Source of the DNA: an uncultured Chlamydiae bacterium
Lineage (GTDB): Bacteria > Chlamydiota > Chlamydiia > Chlamydiales > JAJFMA01
Reading direction: 5' to 3'
Length of the DNA: 64,000 bases
NCBI GenBank assembly: GCA_963713615.1
Contig: CAVQMM010000001.1
Coordinates: forward strand, 3,424,001 to 3,488,000
Below, piece by piece: positions 9,463-20,186 of the stretch. A program made the translations under genes and the position numbers. The notes beneath the pieces were generated by a model. That model was given only the letters and a program-made list of their open reading frames with translations, searched no databases and had not been told where the DNA came from. The number at the start of each line of letters is the position of its first letter. The first letter of the stretch is position 1.

Positions 9463-11205
9463 ATGAGCTTTACACCAAATGTGGTGCCCATGAAATCGGA
9501 TCTTAGTCTTTCGCGTCCATCGCAATTAGGCCTTATTCTTTTGTCCTTTGCGATTACAGCTTTCGGGCAGCCCGCCTGGTATTGGTGGTTAGGGCTCATC
9601 AGTTCCATTTGTGGCATGGCCCTCTTTTGGCGTGTTCTACTCTGCTATGAAAACTGGCGAAAGCGTTTTCTCATCGGTGCCCTTTGGTTTGGCGCCGTTA
9701 CAATGGTTCAATTGTCCTGGGCCGTCTCTCATCCCTACTCTTATATTTATGCCGTCTTGCTGATGTGCTGCTCTTTGACGGGCATTCAGTTTGGTCTATT
9801 ATGTGCCCTAATCACTCCCGAAAGACTGTGGCGCCGCCGTTTTGTTTTCGTCGGGGCTGCCATCTGGACCGTTCTAGAATGGAGCCGCCTATTTTTCTTG
9901 TCAGGATATACCTGGAACCCTTCCGGGCTAGCGCTCACTGGTAGTATCTATTCGTTGCAAAGTGCTTCTCTCTGGGGCGTGTTTGGTCTTACTTTTTGGA
10001 TGACCTTAGTAAATCTACTAGCCCTACGCACTTGGGTCTTCGGTCACTCTTGGTCGCCGCGCTTAGTCTTCACCGCGGCAGCCCTTTTCCCTTACATCTA
10101 TGGTGCTGGCCACCTTGTCTATCACGACTATGCGAGACAACACCAGTCCAGTGGTAGTGAGCTGACAGCCCTGCTAGTACAGCCCTTGTTCCCCGTGGAA
10201 AGTAAAGGAGCTTTCTCTCAGCCAGACCAAGCAATCATTTACGTGCTAGATCAGTGGAGGCACCTGCTACAGCTCACACTGCCCTATCAGGGGCAGCAGC
10301 TGGATTTGATCGTTTTGCCTGAATACGTGGTCCCCTTTGGAACTTATTGGCCCGTGTATAGCCTAGAGTCTGTGAAAGCCATGTTCGCTTCTGTTTTTGG
10401 TCCCGAAAGCTGGAGCAAGTTACCCAAACCTCAAGAGCCTGATGCTGTAGCTATTGAAACAACTGCAGGGCCAAAATGGGTTGTTAGCAATGCCTATATC
10501 GTTCAAGGAATTGCCAATCTATTTAATGCTAGCGTGGTGACGGGCCTGCAAGATGAAGAGGATAGTGAAGATGGTTCTTTTCATGGCTATAGCGCAGCCT
10601 TCCACTTTCTCCCTAATAGCTGCGAGCGTAGTCGTTATGAAAAACAGGTCCTATTACCTATGGGAGAATACATTCCCTTTTCTTTTTGCCGCGATTTAGC
10701 AGCGCGTTATGGGATCGTTGCCTCCTTCACGCCAGGCCCTGGAGCCAAAATTCAGCAGTGTTCTAAGGTTCGCTTTGGGATTTCTATTTGCTACGAAGAG
10801 ACCTTTGGTAACCTGATGCGTCATAATCGAGCCCAAGGTGCTGACCTGCTTGTCAATGTGACGAATGATGGCTGGTATCCCAACTCATTAGTCTCACAGC
10901 AGCACTTCGATCATTCTCGTCTTCGTACCGTTGAAATGGGCATTCCCCTCGTTCGGGCTGCCAACACCGGGGTTACCGGCGCTGTGGATAGCTTGGGAAG
11001 GGTCATCACTCTTCTCGAAAAAGATCATGTCCCCCTGATTAACGACCCGGGAGCCGTTAAGGTCTCCGTTCCCCTCTACCATTATTCCACTCTTTATACA
11101 ATCGTAGGCGATGGACTCATCCTCACCCTCGCCCTTATGGCCCTTATTTTCTCGGCTCGACTCTTTTCTTTTCATTATACAGCACGCGGTAATGATAGAG
11201 ATTAG
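9463..11205 (+). CDS. lnt: Apolipoprotein N-acyltransferase
   Basis: Multiple TMs; VLPE, YEKQVLLPMGEY, ICYEE, TNDGW, RAANTG. Confidence 0.93.
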   Translation: MSFTPNVVPMKSDLSLSRPSQLGLILLSFAITAFGQPAWYWWLGLISSICGMALFWRVLLCYENWRKRFLIGALWFGAVTMVQLSWAVSHPYSYIYAVLLMCCSLTGIQFGLLCALITPERLWRRRFVFVGAAIWTVLEWSRLFFLSGYTWNPSGLALTGSIYSLQSASLWGVFGLTFWMTLVNLLALRTWVFGHSWSPRLVFTAAALFPYIYGAGHLVYHDYARQHQSSGSELTALLVQPLFPVESKGAFSQPDQAIIYVLDQWRHLLQLTLPYQGQQLDLIVLPEYVVPFGTYWPVYSLESVKAMFASVFGPESWSKLPKPQEPDAVAIETTAGPKWVVSNAYIVQGIANLFNASVVTGLQDEEDSEDGSFHGYSAAFHFLPNSCERSRYEKQVLLPMGEYIPFSFCRDLAARYGIVASFTPGPGAKIQQCSKVRFGISICYEETFGNLMRHNRAQGADLLVNVTNDGWYPNSLVSQQHFDHSRLRTVEMGIPLVRAANTGVTGAVDSLGRVITLLEKDHVPLINDPGAVKVSVPLYHYSTLYTIVGDGLILTLALMALIFSARLFSFHYTARGNDRD

Positions 11206-11327
11206 ATCGTCATTCTATTTGATGAATTCGTTCTCAGTGAAATTTCTATAATTTGCATTGAAACTTAATTGCCAATCATCTACGTTAGAAATTCTAAAAT
11301 TCGCAACATTACTATATAGGAATAAAT

Positions 11328-12494
11328 ATGGACAAGCTTAATCAAAATACTGATGGCATTAAAGTTAATGAATGGGTATTAGAGGATTTTGACGCTCTTC
11401 TAAATCCAAACAACAAGAAACGACCATTAGGGGGAATGTCTCCCGAAATAATTAGTGAAATCGGTGCCCCATTCAAAAAGCAGGCAGTTTCTCCTGTAAA
11501 TGACAAAACATGCCAAGACATGACAAATGCTAACAATATTGACCAAACGGTCTTTGAAGCTAAAAGCCCTTTTTTATATAATTCCTATGACAAATTAAGT
11601 GATGTACCGCCCATTCTTATAAGCAAACCTATTACTGTTGAGACATTGAAAACAGTTATAATAGAAAATTGCAAAATAGTTAGTATCAGGAATTGCGGAA
11701 CGGATGAAATGGTTGCTGAGGAAGATTTTCAGACCGCCAGAGGTGTCCTTGAGGTGGAGTTTGAAGGGGGAAACCAATTTATAGGACCAGTAAGTAAGGG
11801 CATTCCTAATGGATTTGGTGTATTAACTCTGAAGGCGCCAGATGAGATTCGTCAGCTACTTCCAAAACATTCTGTCAGCGAATCTGGTATTATTGCAGGG
11901 GATTTTACAGTAGAAGAGGGGCATCTGGTACATCTCCAATGTATTAGACCGCAGAATGTTAGATCGCAGACGTCTTCTAAACTGGAAATGCCTAACAGTG
12001 ACGATATAGATGCCGTTCGCCTGAGTGTTTCTGGGAATATGTCAAACGAGAACAGGATTGGTCATTCGATTAGTCGTGATGATGGGTCTGGGCTGAGATG
12101 TGATGAGCTCGGTCGAAATAGCCGTATTAGTGTGACATCTATTGATAATATAATCTCAATCAATGCGCAATATGCAATTCAATACCCAAACAATACTCAG
12201 TATTTTGGTTCATTACTAAACGACAAGCCTCACGGCCAAGGTGAGCTTTGGATTGACGATTTTGAAGTTTCAGGGCAATGGACTAATGGAGTCTTCCAGG
12301 ATGGGAGGATTATTGCCCCTCCTTCAGAAATGATTGTGAGGATGCGAGAGGTGTATTCTATTCATTATCGCAATGGAGATTTTTATCTAGGTGAGGCAAG
12401 CAAAGATATTCCTGAGGGAAAGGGTACTTTATATCGCGGCGCTAAAGATTACAGAGGGGAATGGCGCCTTGGAAAGCTTCTCCGCAGTATATAA
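11328..12494 (+). CDS. MORN-repeat protein, paralogue 1
   Basis: YPNNTQYFGSLLNDKPHGQG, YRNGDFYLGEASKDIPEGKG, YRGEW. Confidence 0.75.
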   Translation: MDKLNQNTDGIKVNEWVLEDFDALLNPNNKKRPLGGMSPEIISEIGAPFKKQAVSPVNDKTCQDMTNANNIDQTVFEAKSPFLYNSYDKLSDVPPILISKPITVETLKTVIIENCKIVSIRNCGTDEMVAEEDFQTARGVLEVEFEGGNQFIGPVSKGIPNGFGVLTLKAPDEIRQLLPKHSVSESGIIAGDFTVEEGHLVHLQCIRPQNVRSQTSSKLEMPNSDDIDAVRLSVSGNMSNENRIGHSISRDDGSGLRCDELGRNSRISVTSIDNIISINAQYAIQYPNNTQYFGSLLNDKPHGQGELWIDDFEVSGQWTNGVFQDGRIIAPPSEMIVRMREVYSIHYRNGDFYLGEASKDIPEGKGTLYRGAKDYRGEWRLGKLLRSI

Positions 12495-12631
12495 TAGCCA
12501 AGATCTTCGCAGCGCTTTGAAGGAAGGCCACTTCAGGTTCTATGCACACTGTCTTTTATGTTGCGAATTTAATTATTTATCCTATTATTGTTTATTGCAT
12601 TTAATTTTTCTATGTAATATGTTAGTTTGAG

Positions 12632-13696
12632 ATGAGTGTAATAAAAAGGAGTGATATCGTGGATGTAAACAACAATAATAGTAATGGCTATCAACTTGGC
12701 AGCTGTAATCCCTTGCATAGAAATAGCCCTAAAACTACTCCAGGGAATGTTGAAGCATTGCCGAATAGCATTGGGCGGTGCACTTCACCAACCCTTCTCT
12801 CAAAGATAAGAATAGATGCATATGAAGGGGGTTTTTATGACCCTATAATGAATTACACCGTTGCAAACCTTTCCGACAGCAATGTTTATGGCAGCCTTAA
12901 TCGATGTATGATAGGTAAATCAGAGACGCAAAATTCAGACTTGTCCACATATCCTACCATTATTGGGGACGACTCTTCCTCCATACCACCTTTTATGATG
13001 CCTGCTGAATTTAATAGCTCCACTCAATTATCAGATGAAATATTAAACGAAGCAATTTCATTTGACTACCACGATAGCTTTGATTCTGCTATCCGGGCTC
13101 TTGTTCCCATTTGTGGTGAAGACGTACCACGAAGTACTTCTCCTTCTTACCCCGTCGATGAAGATCAACAAAGCAGCAATAATAGGATCTTTGGCGATGG
13201 TCACAATCTGGATCCAATTCAGTCAGGCGATGAAGGTCAAGACTATGAAAAGAGTTGCTTAATACCTTGGAATTTTAACTCGAGACTGATCAAGGATCTT
13301 GCTAACCCTTCCAATCAGAGAGATTTCGTGCGATCGGAAAAGAACACTGTCAACAAGAGGAAAACGTATGATGGAAGAGATTTGGAATTTAATGTCGTAA
13401 AAAAAATTAGCGATGTCGAGACTGTTAAAATCATCGCAATTCCAAATGTCAAGATTATTAGCGTTGGTGATTTCAATGACGAGGCCAATGCGGAGGAGCA
13501 ATTCGTCAAAAATTGTGAACGTGGTATTTTACAGGTGAATTTTGAAGATGGGGGCAAATTCGTAGGAACGGTGCGCAAGGGCCAGCCTAGCGGGTTTGGA
13601 GTACTCACATTGAACGGTCGCACCATTGTTGGAGACTTTGAAATCGATGGTGAAAATCTTGTCCGCCTGGTAAGTAAACCTCAGTCTTCGTCATAA
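12632..13696 (+). CDS. Paralogue 2 (shared core domain only, lacks the C-terminal MORN block)
   Basis: KIIAIPNVKIISV..GILQVNFEDGGKFVG..GQPSGFGVLTL..GDFEIDGENL aligns with neighbours. Confidence 0.7.
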   Translation: MSVIKRSDIVDVNNNNSNGYQLGSCNPLHRNSPKTTPGNVEALPNSIGRCTSPTLLSKIRIDAYEGGFYDPIMNYTVANLSDSNVYGSLNRCMIGKSETQNSDLSTYPTIIGDDSSSIPPFMMPAEFNSSTQLSDEILNEAISFDYHDSFDSAIRALVPICGEDVPRSTSPSYPVDEDQQSSNNRIFGDGHNLDPIQSGDEGQDYEKSCLIPWNFNSRLIKDLANPSNQRDFVRSEKNTVNKRKTYDGRDLEFNVVKKISDVETVKIIAIPNVKIISVGDFNDEANAEEQFVKNCERGILQVNFEDGGKFVGTVRKGQPSGFGVLTLNGRTIVGDFEIDGENLVRLVSKPQSSS

Positions 13697-13726
13697 GGAT
13701 CGGTGACACTCAATATTTAGGGCAAA

Positions 13727-13780
13727 GACTTCTGCAATCACCTCAGCTGCCATCTGGAGCATTTGAGGTAATTGCAGAGA
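13727..13780. repeat. Short inverted repeat whose arm recurs at 6811-6830 and 7551-7564 (MITE end or terminator)
   Basis: TCTGCAATCACCTCA 13731-13745 / TGAGGTAATTGCAGA 13764-13778. Confidence 0.6.
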
Positions 13781-13907
13781 TCCGCGAGCTGCGGAAACCG
13801 GCCTTTAACAAATTTTGATATTTCTATTGAATTTAAATGGATGTGTTTTTTAATATACAATACTTAGCGTCAATAATTTACTACTTTAATAATTACAAGG
13901 AACAAAA

Positions 13908-15149
13908 ATGGAAAATTTTGATATAAACGCCGGCAAAACATCTCCTGACTTAACACATAACCTCGATCAGATCAATAAGGGTCAAAATGCGCTTTCAACC
14001 GAACAAAAACAAAGCTTAGAGGAAATCCTTAAATTCTCAAAGTCTCTGCCAAAAAGAAAGTTCGAATCCAAAAAGACCATCCGCACAACCTTAAATTTAA
14101 GCCAAAGTCATTTGCTTTCAGGCCGTTCCTTTCCAATAAATACATCTGGTGAAAAGCGTACTTCCTATGATCATAAAGACAACTTACAGCCCGATCAAAT
14201 CAAAAAGAGAGCCGACACCGAATTAGCTAAGAAGATAGTCATCGAAAATTGTCGAATACTTTGCGTTACCAAGACCGGAGAAAAGCCAAAAGTAGCAGAG
14301 AGTATCATCATAAAAGAAGAGGGTGTCATTGAGGAAAAGAGTCCTGAAGTCAAAGAGGACCTAGCGAGCGGTGTTTTGACGGTACATTTTGAAGGGAACC
14401 GCCGGTTCGCAGGTGAAGTGGTAGACGGCTTGCCTAATGGATTTGGTGTCTTTGCATCGCCGAAAGACCCATCGAATAGCACAAAGAATTCAGGCCTTGA
14501 AATGAACCTCCTCACTGGAAGCTTTTTGATGCAAGCAGGCAACCTTGTTTGCTTCACCGGTGGGTATTCACCAGTTTCCCCAACCAGGGATCTATCTAAC
14601 AAAGAGTTGCAACCAACACCAACACCAACACCAACACCAACACCAACACCAATACCAACACCGACAATGCCGATAGACAACACGTCTGCCGATAAAGCGG
14701 ATGATTTGACTCCTCTTCAATCTCTCCCTCAATCGAACGTGATTGAGGAGAACGATTCAGAGGAGATAATTTTCGCATATTGCATTGGCCCGGGTGACCA
14801 AGTACTCAAAACCTGTGACATACACTACACCAATGGCGATTATTATAAAGGTTCTGTCTTGCAGAATAAACCTCATGGGCTTGGAGTCTACATGGAAGCT
14901 AATGGAGTGGAACATAGAGGAACGTGGCATCTTGGCAAATTCATTTCTAGTCAGTTTCAGGCTTGTGTTGTTGGTCCGTTCGACGTGATATTAGATGGGG
15001 ATACTATGTTAGTGGGTTATGCGAATGGAGATCGTTATATGGGTCGCTTAGTAGACGGGATGGCTCATGGACACGGCTGTTTGACTCGCAGCGGAAAGCA
15101 ATACCAGGGAAAATGGGAGGAAGGGGTATTGGTTGAACGAGACCGATGA
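13908..15149 (+). CDS. MORN-repeat protein, paralogue 3, with Pro-Thr linker
   Basis: YTNGDYYKGSVLQNKPHGLG, YANGDRYMG..GMAHGHG, YQGKW. Confidence 0.75.
   Translation: MENFDINAGKTSPDLTHNLDQINKGQNALSTEQKQSLEEILKFSKSLPKRKFESKKTIRTTLNLSQSHLLSGRSFPINTSGEKRTSYDHKDNLQPDQIKKRADTELAKKIVIENCRILCVTKTGEKPKVAESIIIKEEGVIEEKSPEVKEDLASGVLTVHFEGNRRFAGEVVDGLPNGFGVFASPKDPSNSTKNSGLEMNLLTGSFLMQAGNLVCFTGGYSPVSPTRDLSNKELQPTPTPTPTPTPTPIPTPTMPIDNTSADKADDLTPLQSLPQSNVIEENDSEEIIFAYCIGPGDQVLKTCDIHYTNGDYYKGSVLQNKPHGLGVYMEANGVEHRGTWHLGKFISSQFQACVVGPFDVILDGDTMLVGYANGDRYMGRLVDGMAHGHGCLTRSGKQYQGKWEEGVLVERDR
14613..14666 (+). repeat. In-frame hexanucleotide tandem repeat (CCAACA)~9 encoding PT repeats
   Basis: ccaacaccaaca...ccaataccaacaccgaca. 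Confidence 0.9.
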
Positions 15150-15205
15150 GAATGTAGGGTAAGGACCTCTGTCTTGATGTTGAATCCATCCGTTTCATTA
15201 TTCAA

Positions 15206-15234
15206 TTGCATTAAAAATGTTAATTATATAAAAT
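15206..15234 (+). promoter_or_regulatory. Sigma66/70-type promoter for MORN paralogue 4
   Basis: TTGCAT-N17-TAAAAT. Confidence 0.55.
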
Positions 15235-15277
15235 TTCACGTTTAAAATGGCAAAAATTATTTTAAACGGTGTAAAAT

Positions 15278-16405
15278 ATGGAAAGACTCAATTCACATGG
15301 CAATAGCATTGATGGTAACTCAATAAATTTTAGCAACCAGAAGGTCTCCCTCCCTCAAATTTGCACGCCTAGAAAACTGAATTTTGGACCTATTACTGTT
15401 GAGAGTACATGCTCAGAAACTAGTCTAGGTCCGTGCGTGAATTTAACTAGTAATTCATTATTAGGTGACAATAATTTTTTTAACTCATCAGATCGTAAAC
15501 GTAATACATACGATCAAAAAAATGATTTACCCGACAACCCTGCAAAAAAAGTTGCGAGCAGCGAACCTCTCAAGACCCTAGTCATTGAAAATACCAAGAT
15601 CGTTTATATGGTCAATATAGGAACAAAAGAATCGGTTAAACATAACGTATTCAAAGAGCAAAACGGCATATTTCGAGTTTATATTAAAGGATTCAGTAGG
15701 TTTTCAGGAATTGTGGTGGCGGGCGAGCCTAATGGGTTTGGAGTACTGCAAATAAAAAAATTGCCAGCGAGTTTATCGAAAAATCCCAATTATATCCCTT
15801 GTAAAATTGGTGATGATTTTATCATTTCCGGAGACTTTGCAATAGAAAATGGTCATCTCTTTAACTTTGGCTGGAATGGGTATCCTAGACACGATCTACT
15901 GCCTAAAGAGGAGCCATTGCCTAGATTAAATGGGATGGAAACTGTTCCTAACCCATTCATGCACGAGCCTGTTGAGGAGCGCAATAGTCCGCCCTATATC
16001 AAAATCTGTCCTAGCTCAATTGTATCAGACGATGTTATCTTGGCTTTTGGATTCACTGAACAGGACACGGTTTACCACATCTATAACATAGCGTATTCAA
16101 ATGGTGATTTATATCAAGGTATGCTGCGAAAAGGAAAACCGCATGGAGAAGGAACCCTCACCAGAAATGGAATGGAAATCTCTGGGGTGTGGAGTGACGG
16201 AAAATTGTCTGATAGGTTGACCCAGGTGGGGAAAACAAAGTCATCGGACAAGAAGCAATTAGCATACTTAGTCCGGTATGCAAATGGGGACCAATATTAC
16301 GGAGAGGCTGATGAGCGGATACCTCATGGCACAGGTACCTTGATTCATGATGGAAAGGAATACAAGGGACAATGGGAACAAGGGGAATTGATCAAGCGAA
16401 TTTGA
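15278..16405 (+). CDS. MORN-repeat protein, paralogue 4
   Basis: YSNGDLYQG..GKPHGEG, YANGDQYYG..IPHGTG, YKGQW. Confidence 0.75.
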   Translation: MERLNSHGNSIDGNSINFSNQKVSLPQICTPRKLNFGPITVESTCSETSLGPCVNLTSNSLLGDNNFFNSSDRKRNTYDQKNDLPDNPAKKVASSEPLKTLVIENTKIVYMVNIGTKESVKHNVFKEQNGIFRVYIKGFSRFSGIVVAGEPNGFGVLQIKKLPASLSKNPNYIPCKIGDDFIISGDFAIENGHLFNFGWNGYPRHDLLPKEEPLPRLNGMETVPNPFMHEPVEERNSPPYIKICPSSIVSDDVILAFGFTEQDTVYHIYNIAYSNGDLYQGMLRKGKPHGEGTLTRNGMEISGVWSDGKLSDRLTQVGKTKSSDKKQLAYLVRYANGDQYYGEADERIPHGTGTLIHDGKEYKGQWEQGELIKRI

Positions 16406-16681
16406 ATTGGCGACCCATGAGACGTCCCTCATAGGCCACAACTTAGCAAGTGCGGTATAACAAAGCGTATAGGCTCGGGCACGAGGAGGAGGGGAGGAAA
16501 CTGAGTTTAAGAAATTGTTTTAATGTTTCTTGCCCTGCTTAAAGCGTTCACAGCCCTTGCTTTTATCCGGTCGTTATATTAGCATGGTGCCTTGCTGCAG
16601 CCCTTTAAAAAAGCTAGCCAAGCTTTTCTTCGGGATGTTTTTGTCTGGCTTGTTAAAACTATTTCGCGAGTATGGGAAAAG

Positions 16682-17569
16682 ATGGGGTCTGTGACCGCTC
16701 TTTATCGTAAGCAACGTACATTGAAGAAGAGGGTCACTTTCTCCGGTATTGGCCTACATACTGGAGAGCTCGTTTCCATTTCTTTTTCGCCTGCAGAGGT
16801 GAATACAGGCATCACCTTCTGCCGCGCCGACCTACCCCAGAGACCGACTATTGCTGGCACCGTAGACAATATCCGAGATACCTCCCGCAACACCACTATA
16901 GGGGTTGGAGATGTTCGTCTACACACTGTAGAACATGTTTTGGCAGCCATTCGCGCCTATGACATCGATAATCTCTTTATTGAGGTTGAGGGAATTGAAC
17001 CCCCAGTTGGCAATGGCAGTTCAGATGTCTTTGTCGAGATGATCGAAAAGGCAGGCATCCATGAACAGTCTGCAAATGTCGCTATCCGGAGCCTCAAATC
17101 TCCCGTCTATCACTCTGAAGGTGATGTTCACCTCATCGCCCTTCCCTGTGATCGGTATAAGGTTAGCTATACCCTCAACTATCCCAATAATGAGCTCCTG
17201 CGCGCTCAGTATTTTTCTACCGATGTCACCACCGAAATCTTCAAAAAAGAACTAGCCTCCTGCCGCAGCTTCGGCCTTTATGAAGAAATTGGCCCTCTTA
17301 TCGACCGCGGTCTCATCAAAGGATGTAGCTTAGCCAACTCCGTCGTCATCAAAGATGACGTCGTTTTCAGCAAAGATGGGCTTTTCTTTCGAGACGAAAT
17401 GGTTCGTCATAAAGTTTTAGATTTAATTGGAGATCTCTCACTTGTGGGATTTCCATTCCAAGCACACATTGTTGCTATCCGTTCGGGGCACGCGTCGCAT
17501 AAGACCTTCTCGAAAAAACTCTGTAACGCTTTTACCATGGAGAAACTCGATGCCGACCACAACAGCTGA
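16682..17569 (+). CDS. lpxC: UDP-3-O-acyl-GlcNAc deacetylase
   Basis: [31 protein letters not shown]; start chosen at internal ATG. Confidence 0.95.
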   Translation: MGSVTALYRKQRTLKKRVTFSGIGLHTGELVSISFSPAEVNTGITFCRADLPQRPTIAGTVDNIRDTSRNTTIGVGDVRLHTVEHVLAAIRAYDIDNLFIEVEGIEPPVGNGSSDVFVEMIEKAGIHEQSANVAIRSLKSPVYHSEGDVHLIALPCDRYKVSYTLNYPNNELLRAQYFSTDVTTEIFKKELASCRSFGLYEEIGPLIDRGLIKGCSLANSVVIKDDVVFSKDGLFFRDEMVRHKVLDLIGDLSLVGFPFQAHIVAIRSGHASHKTFSKKLCNAFTMEKLDADHNS

Positions 17570-18035
17570 TCAACCTCAAGCCGTCGATCCATCCCAAGTG
17601 CTAGACATTAAAAAAATCGCCAAGATCCTTCCGCATCGATATCCTTTCTTGCTTATCGACAGAGTCCTAAGCGTAGACATCGAGAAAGGAACGATCGTTG
17701 CTCAAAAAAATGTCACCATCAATGAACCTTTCTTTGCCGGCCATTGGCCCGGTGAACCCATTATGCCAGGAGTACTCATCCTGGAAGCCATCGCTCAAGC
17801 TGGTGCTGTTCTAGCCCATCTACGAGCTGTTGAAGATAAAACCGCAGTGCTTCTCTACATCAAGAATGCTAAGTTTCGCTATCCGGTACGCCCTGGCGAT
17901 GTGTTAATCATTCATGGGGTACAGCACCATTTTAGTAGTAAGGGTGGTAGGCTCACAGGCCGTGCTACCGTCGGCGAAAGGGTGGCTGCTGAAGTAGAAC
18001 TAGGCTATGCCTTTGTAGAGCATGGCAAGATTTAG
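17550..18035 (+). CDS. fabZ: 3-hydroxyacyl-ACP dehydratase
   Basis: [33 protein letters not shown]. Confidence 0.95.
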   Translation: MPTTTADQPQAVDPSQVLDIKKIAKILPHRYPFLLIDRVLSVDIEKGTIVAQKNVTINEPFFAGHWPGEPIMPGVLILEAIAQAGAVLAHLRAVEDKTAVLLYIKNAKFRYPVRPGDVLIIHGVQHHFSSKGGRLTGRATVGERVAAEVELGYAFVEHGKI

Positions 18036-18177
18036 TAAAGACCCTGCTTTTGGAGAGGGAAGGGAGACAGTTAATGGAACAACTGCCTGTATCGGGCTGC
18101 CGCTGTCGACCCTTAAAATATCAACATGACCGAATTCCTGTCGCAGGGGTTCGCATTTAATGCGAGATGGATAGTCG

Positions 18178-19068
18178 ATGAGCGAATCTAAGAACAAGTC
18201 AAAAATTCACTCCCTGGCGCTTGTCGAGCCAGGAGCCGAAATTGGTGCCAATGTCACCGTTGAGGCTTTTGCAGTCATCAAAAAAAATGTCACCCTGAAG
18301 GACAATGTCACCATCAAAAGTCATGCCTATATTGATGGCTATACAACCATTGGGGAAGGAACCACCGTCTATCCTGGCGCCAGCATTGGCACCAAACCTC
18401 AAGCCCTAAGCTTTCGTGGTGAAAAAACGTTTGTTAGAATTGGCGCACATTGTGAAATTCGCGAATTTGTGACCATCAACTCTTCCATTCATGAAGACAG
18501 CTGTGTCGAGATTGGTGACCACGCCATGCTTATGGCTTACTGTCACATCGCACATAACTGCACTCTTGGTAACCACGTCATCATGAGTAATAACGCCATA
18601 TTGGCCGGTCATGTTGTAGTCGAAGATTTCGCTATCGTCGGTGGCATGACACCCGTCCACCAGTTTGTACGCATCGGATGCTATGCAATGGTTGGCGGGT
18701 TAAGCCGTGTGACCCATGACGTCCCCCCTTATACCATCGGTGCTGGCATCCCCTTTAAGTTTGGCGGGTTAAATAGAATAGGTCTCAAACGTCGTGGATT
18801 CTCCCTCGAAACCCGCCAAGAGCTTAGCAAAGCCTTCCGCCTTATGTACCGCTCTAAGCTACATGTTCCAGAAGCCCTTGAACGCTCCGAAAGGGAACTT
18901 AAACCCCTCCCAGAAGTAAAGCATTGGATCGAATTTTGCCGTTCCACCAAAAGAGGACTGATCGGCCTGCATGGTGTTATGGCTAATGAAGACATTGTGG
19001 ATGATCTTGATAACGACGAAACAGAACAACTAGTCATGGCACCCGCAGGCGGGGGGATTGTAGTATAA
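18178..19068 (+). CDS. lpxA: UDP-GlcNAc acyltransferase
   Basis: Hexapeptide repeats, IREFVTI, HIAHNC, LAGHV, VHQFVRIG. Confidence 0.95.
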   Translation: MSESKNKSKIHSLALVEPGAEIGANVTVEAFAVIKKNVTLKDNVTIKSHAYIDGYTTIGEGTTVYPGASIGTKPQALSFRGEKTFVRIGAHCEIREFVTINSSIHEDSCVEIGDHAMLMAYCHIAHNCTLGNHVIMSNNAILAGHVVVEDFAIVGGMTPVHQFVRIGCYAMVGGLSRVTHDVPPYTIGAGIPFKFGGLNRIGLKRRGFSLETRQELSKAFRLMYRSKLHVPEALERSERELKPLPEVKHWIEFCRSTKRGLIGLHGVMANEDIVDDLDNDETEQLVMAPAGGGIVV

Positions 19069-19069
19069 C

Positions 19070-20020
19070 TTGATGAAAGTAGTCTTCTTTGGCACCCCCA
19101 CATTCGCAGCTGATATCCTCACATATCTTCTTCAGCATCATGTGGATATCGTAGCTGTAGTTACTCGTCCAGATCGCCCCAAAGGGCGTTCTGGCCATCC
19201 TGCTCCCTCAGCAGTCAAACAGGCAATCTTAGCACATACTCCTCCTATACCCCTGCATCAACCCCCTCGCTGTTCCACACCGGAGTTTGTAGAAATTCTG
19301 AAAGGCTATCATGCTGATCTCTTCATTGTCGTAGCCTATGGTGAGATTGTTAAAGATAACGTTCTAGCTCTCCCTAAAAGGGGTTGTATTAACGTGCATC
19401 CCAGCATCCTTCCCAAATTCCGTGGTGCCGCACCAATCCATCGCGCTATTATCCATGGTGAGACGGAAACCGGCGTCTGCATCATGTATATGGCTCGAGA
19501 AATGGATGCAGGTGATGTCATCACCTGCTCCAAGGCCCCTATAGCACCCGATGTCACTTGTGGCGAACTTGAACTTCAACTCAGTCAAATTGGAGCTCAA
19601 ATATTACTACAGGTGATTAAAGATTTAGAACAAGGCATCGTTATTCGCACCCCTCAAGATCCTTCACAAGTAACCTTTGCAAAGAAATTAGAACTGGAGG
19701 ATTGCCAAATCGACTGGCATCAACCAGCTCTACAGATCCACAACCTAGTCAGAGGCACTAACCCCCATCCAGGAGCTTGGTGCAACGTGATTATCAATGG
19801 TGTCGAAAAACGTCTCAAAGTTCTTCGTACTAAAGTGGAGCCTTACCCCTCAGCTATTCCAGGAGCCTTACTTAGCTATGGCAATGATGGCCTGATCGTC
19901 GCTTGCGGTCAACAAGCCCTGCGCCTTATCGAAATTAAGGCCGAAGGAAAGCGTGCTATGCCTGCTGAAGATATGATGAGAGGCATTTCTCGAGAGCATT
20001 TTAAGCTTAAGCCATCATAG
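19070..20020 (+). CDS. fmt: Methionyl-tRNA formyltransferase
   Basis: VFFGTPTFA, VVAYG, INVHPSILPKFRGAAPI, MDAGD. Confidence 0.96.
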   Translation: MMKVVFFGTPTFAADILTYLLQHHVDIVAVVTRPDRPKGRSGHPAPSAVKQAILAHTPPIPLHQPPRCSTPEFVEILKGYHADLFIVVAYGEIVKDNVLALPKRGCINVHPSILPKFRGAAPIHRAIIHGETETGVCIMYMAREMDAGDVITCSKAPIAPDVTCGELELQLSQIGAQILLQVIKDLEQGIVIRTPQDPSQVTFAKKLELEDCQIDWHQPALQIHNLVRGTNPHPGAWCNVIINGVEKRLKVLRTKVEPYPSAIPGALLSYGNDGLIVACGQQALRLIEIKAEGKRAMPAEDMMRGISREHFKLKPS

Positions 20021-20186
20021 AGGGCCCTCAACCTCTCAATTCCCCATCTTAATGCAATCCTAACAATACTGCGCTATACTATTCGAACTGGTGTAGGGGT
20101 ATGTGAATTGTGTTTACAGAAACGTACGCTTTACGTTATACCAGTCAGCCTTTATCAAGGGCTTAAAGGGGAGAGTGAGGGGAAGG

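Noticed and set aside
18036..18177. Riboswitch or sRNA between fabZ and lpxA
   Set aside because: Only weak pairing and no recognisable motif
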